This document shows positions 1 through 12,520 of a stretch of 64,000 nucleotides of DNA, piece by piece. The notes under the pieces are model-generated. The model was not told the DNA's origin. It ran no database searches and worked only from the letters and a program-made list of their open reading frames with translations. The stretch is from Lingula anatina. Its lineage: Eukaryota > Animalia > Brachiopoda. Position numbers and translations under genes: made by a program. Each line of letters begins with the position of its first letter. Position 1 is the stretch's first letter. Location of the stretch: NCBI GenBank assembly GCA_051362555.1, contig CM120645.1, positions 20,274,001 through 20,338,000 on the forward strand, written 5' to 3'.

Positions 1-1771
1 TGGGTTTTGCCTTACTTTCCTTCCGGGCAAGATCAAAAATGTGTTTTCAGAATAAGGTGGGTATTGGAACCATGATACATTTATCATTACTTAATTAACC
101 AGTTTACTATTTTAATTATTAATTAGGTATTTCATTAAATTCTTTGATTTTGACAGTTAGAAGTTGTCAGAAATAATAATAATAGGAAGTTTCGTGTTGA
201 GCAATGCCAGAACTTTGCGATGGTAAAAGGGCAAAATCAACAGTTTCTGTGGGTTGGTTTAGGTACAACATCACCACTGACGATTACGACCCCTACAACA
301 CCGACTCGACAGAGAACGGCGCCGCAAATTCTCCGGTCACCAACAACCCCAATGTGGACATCGGCGCCGACCTTTCGCCTCTCCGCCTGAATATAAACAC
401 CGCCCAGTTCGGCAGGGTGTTCCAGGACCGTTCACACGCCTTCATCCTCAGATCTCGCCCAGCAGAAATACAAGGGACGCTGCACAACCTCAACGTCCGC
501 GGAAAGAGGGGAAACATCGTGCAAACGTACCCGGCTGTGGAGTACGATTTTATTCCCACCGAACTTCACATGACTGAAAACGACTTGGTGCACGTTCAGT
601 GGACAGGTATTAAAAAAGAATTATTGAAACTATTAGTAACAGTAATAGTCAAATACAAAATGATGATTCGGATGATTAATTTTTCCTATATTTTGATATT
701 CTAATATGAAACTTTTTTTCGACAATGTAGGTTGTAACATTGCATAAATTTTGACGATGTACTTTGCTTGCCTTCTTGTGGTAAGAAAGCGTATTATATG
801 CATTGACACTATTTGGGATTCACATCCCTTTATCTATTATTTTTGTTGGTTATTAAAAAAAAACCAAATTATCGTTTGTAAATTCTTAAATATCTATCTT
901 TATTCAACAGTTGAATCATTTATTCATCATTCTTGTTTGCTTTTTTTCATACTGCTTTTCATTCTAAACAAATTTTCCAGGCTCTAACACACACAACAAT
1001 GGCGCCCCTGGCGGCGACGGCCAGACGGGTGATGCGGGACAGGGCAAAGCCGGTAAGTACTTGCCTTCTACCAGGGTCATACACCCCATTCTCATAGATT
1101 AGATCGACCTACATTGGATCGACCTAACTCCCTGGGGGTTCACGCTAAATAGCTGTCAGCCGGGCGGACACGAAAGTTAATTACCCCTTAAAGCTTGTAG
1201 TAGGCGGGGACGGACACTTAAGGGGGATTATCTGACAGTAATCTAGTGAGACTCCCCGCGGTGATAGATCGATCTAAAAGTTGTGAGAACAGAGTCATAG
1301 AGAGATATATCGTTGTCACTAGATATTCACAAACATTTTAGATATTCACAAACAATTATAGCTAATTCTGGGCACGTTATATATATATATATATAGCTTT
1401 GTAAGTTACATTTAATTTATATTAAAACCTTTTTTCTCCACATAAACATTCCCTGACTTAAACTTTAAGATTATAAAATTTACTTCACGCAAAAGTTGTT
1501 TTAACTTTTCTAATTTTTGTCATATTACTATCATACTTAGGCACAGACAGACATAACTTTGTCGAACTTTTGGACCGGAACCACAACTTTCCCAAGCCGT
1601 TCGAGCAGTCGACCTTCTGGCAGAATGCAGAAGTAAAATGGATATACTATGGCAGCACGGCATCAACAGCTAAAGGTCTTGCCTTGAATATGGCTACTTC
1701 TGGATATTATGAGTATGTATTTTCTCTCTCTCTCTCTCCGTCTCCCTCTCTTCCTCTCTCCTTTTTTTTTT

Positions 1772-1811
<40 letters not shown>

Positions 1812-2224
1812 ATGGAAATAAAAATATGTGGAGAAAAGAGACTATTGAGATTAACGGTGGATTAATATAGTAGCCACCTAAGTATTTTGACGCTTCTGTC
1901 GACAATAATACATGTATTTGATCATAAATTTTTGAGATCATATCTGAAAATATTTATTTGTCCAGTATTAGCACTCGTAAATCCGTTTCAATAGTCACAG
2001 TGAGATTATGGCTAGATATGTGCAATTTCAGATGCGATACGGATGATTGCAGCGGCGTTGTTGGGAACAAGGATGAACTTAATGCCCAACTTGACAACGC
2101 TCCGGCTTCTTACGAAGGTGTAGTCCTGCGTCTAAACCAGGGAACGTATCACTACATGAGCTCCCGGAATAACGCCTTCACCAACAGAAGTCAAAAGGGG
2201 ACCGTCCACGTGCACCAGGGTTGA
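1..2224 (+). CDS. DD3-3 family protein, paralog A (3' part; 5' end outside the window)
   Basis: Exons <1-56, 263-606, 981-1052, 1541-1712, 2032-2224 (TGA), all GT-AG with matching phases. Peptide [67 protein letters not shown] is collinear with paralog B. Family assignment is from recalled DD3-3 motifs. Confidence 0.85.
1084..1294. mobile_element. Palindromic MITE-like element, family 1 copy a
   Basis: Inverted ends (ttctcatagattagatcga / tcgatctaaaagttgtgagaa). Matches 42402-42615 in reverse orientation and 7031-7275. Confidence 0.7.
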
Positions 2225-2432
2225 GGCGGAGGGAACGACTAGATCGGCTCGTTTTATTGCGTTTAGACAGAGTGGCTGAAGTTGCGCAATGAAGAAAACA
2301 ATTTAAAAGACTCAGTGAAATATAATATATACGCTATGTAAATGCACTAGCACACAGTACTGTTTACAGCTTCTCCATTTTGCCTGGAATTAAATTTTTT
2401 AATTCATAATGGCAAAATCGATGCCAAACCGC

Positions 2433-2436
<4 letters not shown>

Positions 2437-2477
<41 letters not shown>
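2437..2477. repeat. (CT)n microsatellite
   Basis: Direct reading. Similar CT/GT tracts at ~1723-1810, 3370-3430, 12016-12048, 22082-22130, 23674-23703 and 63620-63670. Confidence 0.9.
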
Positions 2478-2479
<2 letters not shown>

Positions 2480-3030
2480 GACACGATGCATTTAATTGCA
2501 TTGTTAAACACACATAAAGATAAACCATTCTAAAAGATCAATTGAGTGCAGGAGTAATATAGGGGTTAGAATATTAAAAGAGCATAACGCAATGAGGTCC
2601 GGCCATTTTTGTCTAAACGCAGTTTTAGCGATGTCACTTTTGTATACGAAAGGAATAGGAGAAAAAAGTACAACGATCTTAGAAGTCGATAAACTATGAA
2701 AACATGCTTAAATACACTTTGATGCCAATATTAACGTTACAGAATAATGCCATTGGTATTTGACTTTATCTGCGCTGTTAGGTGTTGATTATTGTTAACC
2801 ATATTTGGAATGTTCCTGAACATTCGGTTTAATATTTAAAAGACTTATTTTGATAAAACAATGTTATTTCTAAATTTCTACGTTTTTATTTTAGATAGGT
2901 GAAATTTGTTATAAAAAATAAGACTTTTGCGAATGGAGATCGATGATTTTGCTTACCTAGTTCTACATCCAAGTCAAATAAGGCCACCATGGTCGTTTCC
3001 ACTTACATCGAATATGCATGCCAGTACTTG

Positions 3031-3036
3031 AATAAA
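3031..3036 (+). terminator. Candidate poly(A) signal of DD3-3 paralog A
   Basis: AATAAA followed ~25 nt later by a GT/T-rich tract. Confidence 0.5.
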
Positions 3037-3366
3037 ACTCCTACAGAAAGTTACAGATGTTGTGACTTCGTTTCTGTTGTTATTATCTTTCATTCAAAGA
3101 GTTGCCTTGTATTAACCTGCTTGTGTTAAAATATCTGATTGCTGACCGTTTTCTTTTTAACAAACTTTTTTCTATCTGTTATACTGGCAAATCTTTTTTT
3201 TTATTTTGATGCTGTAGAGTATGCCACGGAAAAGTTTTTCGAGACTCGATTTAACTCGATTTTTTTTCTTTTTTGCATTCTGCATTAGACGTAATCAACT
3301 ATATTCAGCACATCATATTTCTGGAAAGACGTCCTGCTTCCTCTATTGGTTGATATATGGCAATCT

Positions 3367-3414
<48 letters not shown>

Positions 3415-5549
3415 ATGTGTGTGTGTGTGTTTGAATATACGTGAATGAATAACATTACAATAGACGATGCTGTTTCAAATGCATGCTGAATATCTACATA
3501 TTGACAAAAAACATTTTAATATAAAAATGACATCCTTTACTTTATACAGCCCACTTTTATTTATTAATTACAGGATACAAAAACATGTATCGATTATAAA
3601 GAGTCACAGCAAAACCTGTTTTTATAAATGTGAACAGGTCTTACATCTGAGGGTCCACAAGTTCATGAAATGAAAACTGCTGTCATCGCATCCATTATCG
3701 TTCACTAAATCAGCCTCTTTACTTCAGTATTTCGGTTTATCTTATACCATTAAATATCATTATCGTCCATTTGTATATTATGCAACACAGATGTAAATGG
3801 CGGTCGCATGTAAATTCCTTGTACTACGTCGATAATCTCCCTGGCTTATAACCATCTTCCTCTAATTTATAGGAAATTGATCAGGGTTAAAAACCAGGTG
3901 TTCTCATAATTCTGTTTACGTGACCTTTGCTTCATGTATCACTGCAGAATAAGAAATCTTTGCTTGCAATCTTAAGATTAGTCCGAAACATAAATAAAAG
4001 GAATTACGCCACGCAAAGGGTCGATATGTTTTTTAAACGGGTCAGTCATTCTAAGATTTGATTCCTAGATATTGCTGGTAAAAAAAACCGCAGCAGTTTT
4101 GTTTTGTCAAATGTGGTTGGCAGTTCATGACATGCCTCACTGTCACCTGCTCTTCCGCTAAAAAAAAATCATCAATTAATCGGAAAATTAGGAAAAAGGT
4201 AAATATCAATGAAAATAACCCTATCATGTGATTTATCAATTGAGTATGGCGCATATGATCACAAGCCTCTAAAAATATGAATTGATTTATACATATGATG
4301 ATTCAAATAAATCAAACATATCAAATTATGATATTGATTATGATCAAATGTATAAGGTTACATCTGTTGCTTTTTTTTACGCCTCATGATAGGATCGAAT
4401 ACACAGAGACGTGGATGACCATTGCTATCATTAAGGTTTTTTGGTGATATCATCAATAGTAAATTTTTCATTTTCCAAAGAATGTGCAGCAAGTGAAGAT
4501 TTATTGTTATGTAAACTTCTAACACCAACTGATCAATGGTGGCGATTTTATTTTACTCAGCCAACTTGCCACCTTTTTATTATTTTTGTTAATTCATTCA
4601 CTCAACCATTCATGCACCACCGTAATAAATTGCCGGCTGTCAATTTTCAGGTTTCAAACAATATGTGAAACCGGTCCTACCCGCCTCATTTCATCCCAGA
4701 ACCAGTAAATAGCTGTTACTCTAATTATCAGTACAAGTACCGTTTGCTTCGGGTTTGATACCAGTATTTCGTCTTTGCGCAACACTGAGATTGAAAATAA
4801 AAGATGCCCTGTTCCAATTTAGTTCTTGACTGTTGATAATCACAAGCTGCCAGCAGTGAACAAAATGTAAGGCAGTGAACAAATACACGTACTTAACACG
4901 TGCCACCTACATCTATGATTATTTTTAATTTATATCACCTTGGTAAGGCTAATGTGATCTTGTTTTTCAGTCACGGGAACTTCCATGTACGAGCACCAGA
5001 GGGTGCACTATGATAAAGTGTACCCCCCATGTATTGGATATTACTGTATTGGAATAGGGAGTTTATGTATAAAACTGTGCTAAAAAGTGCTGTTTCATTC
5101 TGCTTTATAACATTAAGTCATGCAACCCATCGATACATGTAAAGCTTAACCGGAAAGTTTTAATCGTGGATTTAGGAGCTGAAATGAGTCTGTAAATGGT
5201 GAAAATAAAGTTTAATTTAGAAACCTCTGGATGCAGACCCTTACTGTGTACACTGATAATGGAATGTATCTTCTTCAGGAGGTATGAATATTTATACATT
5301 ATGAAAGAAACAGAAATAATCAAATTATCTCCACTGCCAGTTGTTTTTCGATGTTTTATCTATGCACTAGTTCCTCCTTCTATCCCGAATTTCTGCTACG
5401 TCATCTGGCCACGGACCAAAGCCTGACTCCGAATGTCAGCGCTATCTACTCAGCAAACCGTAATACAGGACTGGCAATGTAATGCATCAAAGACATTAAT
5501 TATCTCAGTCGGTTGATTTTAGTTTTCTACCCGCACTACCGGCTGCTGG

Positions 5550-5770
5550 TTTGATTGGTGCGGGAGATTACGATCACATCCTGAAAGACGGTCATAATGA
5601 TCGTTATCGCTTGTATGACGTCATAACCAACTGATGTCCACGCAGTGAGACCGCGGATGAATACAACTCCAACTTCCATATATGGAATCGCCAATCACGT
5701 GCAGACTCGGCCTGAGCCTTAAATGTAGTCGATCTAATCACCCTGGTGGCTTTTGTTACATTATACGCAC
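5550..5770 (+). promoter_or_regulatory. Putative proximal promoter of DD3-3 paralog B
   Basis: ATTGG at ~5554, CRE palindrome TGACGTCA at 5616, CCAATCACGTG (CCAAT plus E-box) at 5691, CpG-richer than the flanks, about 60-280 bp upstream of the ATG. Confidence 0.5.
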
Positions 5771-5831
5771 CGACTAGAGGACCTCGACGACTGTGTTTCA
5801 AGAGAGGAAAAAAATTATCAGGACTTGGAAA

Positions 5832-8800
5832 ATGCTGAAGTTAGCGTGCTGCCTCCTCGCAGTCGCGTGTGTCAGTGCTGATATTTACATGCACAACCCG
5901 CGTGGTTCGAACAACAGACTAAACGAGCGGTCGGCCAACAGAGCAAACGGAAACAGGGCTTTTGATTCACAGGTGAGAATTCATCTCACTACTTCACTTT
6001 TTTTCCTTTCAACCCCAAAACTTTTGGCATAATTTTTATTCTTTGTGGAAGTCCATCTTCAACTTAGTTAAAAAGTCTTTAAGCCTTATGTTTACATTGA
6101 TGCCTAAATGAACACAAGAAACAGTAATTTAATTTAACTGATAGCCATATTAGACTGGGAAATAACTTACGTTACAAAGTGCAGGGCGTTGGTTTAGGAC
6201 GCAATCGAACATTTGTCTGTTTGGATAGGCGAGAAAAAGAATAGATGGTATCAAAGCCAAAAAATTCGCTTCATTCTCATGACATGAGTCCTACTGGATT
6301 TGATGCAGGGAAGTCTTTTCTGTCACGCTATTGATATTTCATATTCGCCATCAGTAGTACAGTATATATAACTCTGTTCGACCCGTGTGTCCATTGCAAC
6401 TCGATCTTTTAATACCAATTGAAAGTAAAATATATGTCTATTCAGGCTGTTTGCACATTTGTGAGACCAATCTCTGACGTTTGGAGAGCCGATAAGAATT
6501 TAAGTCGTGATGTCAATTTCAAAGGCATGTCTCTCTGTCAATACTTAGTGATAGAAGATAGCATCAATTGCATCTTTATAAAACGGCGTGAAAGGAGAAT
6601 TATGAGAAAAAGTGAAAGGAATTATTTAGGGGTGTCACCGAGCGTGAAATGAACTCCCTTCGTTCCTCTTCCACTTCATTGATCCCAGTCAGAGGGTTGA
6701 CATGTCTTGCACAAAGGCGGGGATGGTAACTTTTTCCTTTGGGCATTTGGGGCCCCCCGTTTCATAGAAGAGCTTTAGCACCGCAATATGCTTACACTTT
6801 TACACCAAAATAATTGGAAAGTAGATCTGTATTACTATAATATTCAGGTAAACCCATGCTTCTAAGTAAGAAATGGTCGAAACAATTGTCTGGTCTTTCT
6901 TGTTGTAAAACAAGCGTAATATTTCATTCAGTTGGGCTACATCTGACTTAGTGACTTGTGTGAAAATGGACTAGAATTTTAGTCTAAACGTTAAAAGAAA
7001 TTCTTAGAGACCATTTTCAGAGACTGACTGGGTTCCCATGCTTAGATCGATCCATCTGGATCGGTCTAACTCCCTGGGGAGTCTCACTAAATTGCTATCA
7101 ACTAACCGGCTTAAATATCTGTCACGCCTACCGAATCAACTAGGGGGTAAAGATAATTACCCCCTAACAGCTTTACTAGGCGTGACAGACATAGGGACCA
7201 TTACCACAGATATTTGGATCGACCTAGGACCTGAGGAGTCTCTCTAAATTGTTGTCAACTAACCGGCTTAAATATATATATATAGGAGCATGATAAATGT
7301 GGTTGTGGTCAACCACCGGAGCGCTATAATTGCCTACTAGTAGCAAGAAGAAAAGTATGTAGTGCAGCTACGTTAGATCACACCATTCAACAAATAATGT
7401 ACCGTTTATCAATGAAATTATCGTAGTATTGCATTTTCGTACATATATGTGTAGATACTCATTTCATTATGATAACCTAGACGCGATCTCATGATATTCG
7501 ATGTTCATGCCACACTTTTACGTTCTTGAAATGTTTTTGAATGAAGTTATTATTGCCAATTATTGTGCATGTAAATTGTTAATATAACATAAGCTCAGTT
7601 ACAACAAGGAGTTTATCAGACAATTCCCCGGTTATTATAACAATCCCTTCAACAACAGCTTAACTTGCCCTCTACCAGGGACACAGAGTGATTTTTCACT
7701 AGATATTCATGGCATTTCCCTGCCCCCTCCCCCTTTCACTTTTCTAAAACGTTCGAGAAAAGTACGCATAATTTAAGCTGCGGTCCTGGTAGAGGGTAAG
7801 CTTAACCATGGACAAAATATAACCGAAGTTAAGGTTATTTTGTCTTTGGCTTAACTCAGGTTAACGGCCATTCTTACTCCAGTGTTTCTAACAAGATACC
7901 TTCAGAAATGACACAGGTGTAACTGAAGTCGCTACCTCACCCCCCCCCCCCCCCCCCACCACATGTATCCCCCTCCCCCCCCCCCCCCCTATCCCAGGAA
8001 CCAATATATTTGATCCTAGCTCTATCTTATTTCTGAAGAAAGTACAAATAGAGACCGGGGAGAGTAAATTCATCTATTGATACATTTTCTACTGATTTCT
8101 CTAGACACAATAAGTGAATAGTATTAAGCTGGTGAATTTATTTGCCGGAAGGCAGGCTCAACCGTTATGATATTCAACTTAAAGTAGTAAGTGAACAAGC
8201 ATTGCATGGGTCCCGCTTAACGGACACGGTCAGGCAATCCTAGGCTTTGACGTCTGTTCACTCACCAAATTCTCTTAGGGACGAATGAGTAAATTTTTGG
8301 CGTGATTAAGTTTGTCATTTAACCTCTCTCTCAAAAAGTTTTTTTTCGCTGAATGATTTTCTGCCTTTTTGATGATCGCAAAACTAACAACGTAGTGGTT
8401 TGTATTACTGCATTAAATTACCCCCAAACACGCAAGTAATATAATTCGTTGGAAAATAACAAAAAAGCAAGTCCTGTTTAAATCTTTAGTTCCTAAAAAG
8501 TGCGCATGCACACGAGTTTACGTGAACTTTTTTGAAACATGTACAAACTATTGGCTAAAACATACATCAATGCTATATGAAAAGAGAACATAATAGTACC
8601 TCACGGTAATTTTAAAGTGGATGAATATCTGGCATGTGCTCGTCTTGGCTGCTCTCCAACGTGAGGAGGTAATCTAGAAAAAACGAAAAAAAAGAAAGGA
8701 TGACTTCGTCGCTTTTTCGCCTTGTCACTTTTTATCAGACTTGACATATTTAACAATAAAGTCATTTTGGGACCTTTGCTGGAGTTGTGGTAAGCCGCAA

Positions 8801-11800
8801 TCCTCCTTACCCCCCCCCTCCCCCCCCCCCCCCCCCCCCACCTTTAAATGTATTTGGAAAGATGCTGAGAACCTCAAGAAATTTCGCAAACCCGTTTTTC
8901 CCCTGAAATCCATCTCCTTTGGACTATTACTGGAAACCAAGCATCGTTAAATCGATTTTATGAAACAAAATATAATTCTTAGTTGTTAAAATGAACATAG
9001 GGGCCTAATTATTATTCTTATTATCATTTTAGAACAACAATAGAGGTGGCTACAATGTTGGGGATGCTACGGATGAGGCTGCACAAAACGAAGCACAGCA
9101 ATACCAAATGGTAAGAAAGTCCATATCATTGTTTAAGGCGTGACACGATTTCTCCTTAGTTCGTAAGCATACACTGCACCTTCATATAACATTTATACAT
9201 TATGAAATACATTAATTAAAATCTAAATTCAATGCAGTGTACCAAGTATCTCCTTTAAAAAGACAGGAACACTTAAGTGAACCTTGACTTTTTGGTAGTT
9301 TTATTTACTGAATTGAAAAAAAAAAAATATTCAACATGATTATTCTAAATGCCACTTTAAATTTCTATCACAGAAATTTTTCCAAAGCGGTGCTAATGCA
9401 GCTAGCCACCTGACCGTGGAATGGACCAATCAGCACGGCTGTGGTGGAAACGAGGACGATGACCCCCACAAGGTCAACTGTAACATCGTTATTCAATACA
9501 TGTGTCAGCCGGCTGAATTTGAAGGCAATGGTAAGTGTAGGCCTACTATAATGTAGCCAGGTTATGGCAGGTTTGGTGGCCCGTTCTAAACGGCAATTAA
9601 AGCTTGGACCTTTGATTTATTGACATCGGAGAAAACGTTTTCGTTTCCCGACAACGTAGATGATTAAATAATAAAAAACGTTCGTCAACTTCGTGATAGG
9701 CATAATTCTTTTAGAAAAACTCCGTGATCTATTTTGATAAGTCTAGGAGAACAACACTTTTTTCATTTCCAGCAAAGGACAGACTTCGCGACGGATTGAA
9801 CACGAACAGACAGGACTATGCCAGGCCAAGGAGTAACTTGGAGTCCCGCTCGGCATTCCAGAGCCGTAAGAATAACAACGTCAAAGACAACCGCGTACTT
9901 TTTGAGACCTTTGATTGGTATGACAAATGCTATGTCAGGGAAAGAAATAAGGGTAAGTGAAAAACAGTTTTGGAGGAGGCGTGGTAGCATTTTTATCGAT
10001 TTTTTTGGACGATAGTTTTTGGGATGAAATATTTTGTATAATATTGCTTCTGTGTTTATAGCACAATTTTTCTGACCCTTTGGCAGACCCATGTAGGGGA
10101 CACAGTGGGGGCCTTCACCCTCGATAAAATAAAAATAAAACTGAAAAACAAATGTAGCGAGACAATACAAAACATATTTTCCTACTTTTGTGCCATACAT
10201 AATACGGTGTAATTTTATTTCTTTTTCTTTTTTTTCCCGAAGTGCAGCTATAAGACTGTTTCCTTAATTGTGCTTCCTAAGCAAAATCCTGAATTCACCC
10301 TTGCTGCATTTGAAAAAAAAAAAAATGAAACATCATGCTCGTTCACACCGTTTCTCCCCACTTTTGCACAAAAACAACGCACTTCGTAATTTTTTCCAGG
10401 TCTTTTTACCGCCGATCAGAACCTCCGCACCAACAACGGCTTGGGTGTCAGCAGCGCCATCTATACAAGGCAGAACAGAAATGGCGACAGGCGTGGCTAC
10501 GAGTGCCCCGAGGAAAGAGATTATTACCCATACTGGCATCCCACTCCGTGGAAGGATATCGCCATCTTGGCAGAAAACGCAACAATTTGCAGGTGAGATA
10601 CAATACTGGGCAGCACACGAACGAAACGTAGAGCCTCGATATGAAACCAGACAACTTTTGTGTTTTTAATCTCGAAATACCAAAAAAAATCAATAAAGCT
10701 TATAAATAGGCTAACGTTAAGAACGTATTACATCGTTTGTTTTATTTATATTAATTATTATTTTAGATCATAATAATAAACAAGTCGCATTTCGATGTAC
10801 TCCATGCTATAACCTTTATATAAAAATGGCAATTTTTACGAGATTACAAATTGTATCGCATTGTTTGGTTCCATTGCCTCGCTTTCAAAAATTAGAAAAG
10901 GCGCTCCAGAATCGTAAAACGAAGTTAAAAATTTTATATTGGCCGAGTTCCCTCACTGTTAAGAATATCCTCGCAGCATTATCTGCAGTTAACCCTCCTA
11001 CGATTTTCAATTTATTTTGAAATATAATTTACAATCCTCCAGATGAAGAATTTTATTAATCAAGAGTAGGGGAGGTGTGAAAATCCCCATTGGGGCCACA
11101 TATAACACTATAAATACAATGGGAATCCCCTTAAAATGAAGGTAAAATAAATGTTTTTCTAAGGAATTCCAACGGATTTACTTTTTTCAACATAAAATCA
11201 ATAGAACATTTCTAAAATAAATTTTCAAAATGACACCAGAGAGCTAATGAAATAAAATCAACCATTCGGTCTTTGTCAATTTCACCAACTTGTTTATTTC
11301 AAACAGCGCACTTTTCGCACATGCGCAGTTGTTTGAAGCCGGTGCTAATACTGGGCCCCTTTACCCTGGATAACACGACACTTAATCTGTAACCGATGTG
11401 ACTCCACGAAACTTTGATTATTGATGACGTCACATTGTAATTTTTTAAAAAAATTATTTTCGGTTGTGAGGATCACTACTGTTATATACTTTTAAAATAC
11501 GATTGTAATCTAGATGACCATGATGCTGGCCATAAGTTTTGGCAATATTGAAAGGGAGCTTAACATTACCAGTTTTCGGTTAAAAAGTCAATTAACGGGG
11601 TTATCCGTCTTGTATAGGCCTATATATGGACAGTGTAGTGAGAAAGACAACACATTTCAACAGGGGAAAAGAAATAAATCGCTTTACCGTTACAAGTTGA
11701 AAATATTTCACTGAATTCATATTGAAAAGTTAGTCTTATATTCGCGGGGATAAGGCCATTTGACAGTTTTAACATAGACTTATCAGTAGAATTAAGACAA

Positions 11801-12012
11801 ACATTTTGTTTCTACTTTCAGTCACTACACCAAGAAAAGCTTTAATGTACAGCACTATGGCGAGTGCGTTGAATACTATGACGATACTCAAACTGTGAGA
11901 AGACACTCCTCCAAATATAATTCCCATTGCCTTTGCGAGACCGTTCCCGGCAATCGTTGGGTCGATTTCTACAATTATTTGGAAAAAGCTCCTCGTAAGA
12001 ACCTGGTTTCTA

Positions 12013-12051
<39 letters not shown>

Positions 12052-12489
12052 ACTCAAAGATGAAATCGAGATCGGAGAGGACTAAAATGTCTGATGATAA
12101 TGATGATGAAACTTAGATCATATGTACTTGATATTAGAGATTTTAAAAATGAATAATGATTCATGTAAAATGAAGAGAAAAAAATGAAAGGCAAATTTTA
12201 GGCATGGTATATAACCTTTCCGCATTACACTCAATATTGTGGTTGATAATTTCACATGAAGAATCTCATCAAAAATATTTCCCATAAATCAATTTTTAAA
12301 ACTTATTTCAGAGTACGATACTGAGACCAAATGTATTGATGCCCGACTCAAGGACAATATTGAATACATTTGGCAGATTCCTTACGACTCTGTGGACGCC
12401 CAAAGTAAAGAATGCCTTGTTCCACTTCCCGAACCAGAATGTATGGAAGCTCCTTGGACTAGGTGAGTTGGACCAGTCAATAATAACAT

Positions 12490-12520
<31 letters not shown>

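Noticed and set aside
3221-5426. Short ORFs between the DD3-3 paralogs
   Set aside because: Low-complexity, microsatellite-derived, with no splice-consistent structure or recognisable homology.
7940-8840. Long poly-C/poly-G runs (also ~22395, 26270, 27280) as functional G-quadruplexes
   Set aside because: Homopolymers are scattered throughout, their lengths are error-prone in assemblies, and there is no positional pattern.
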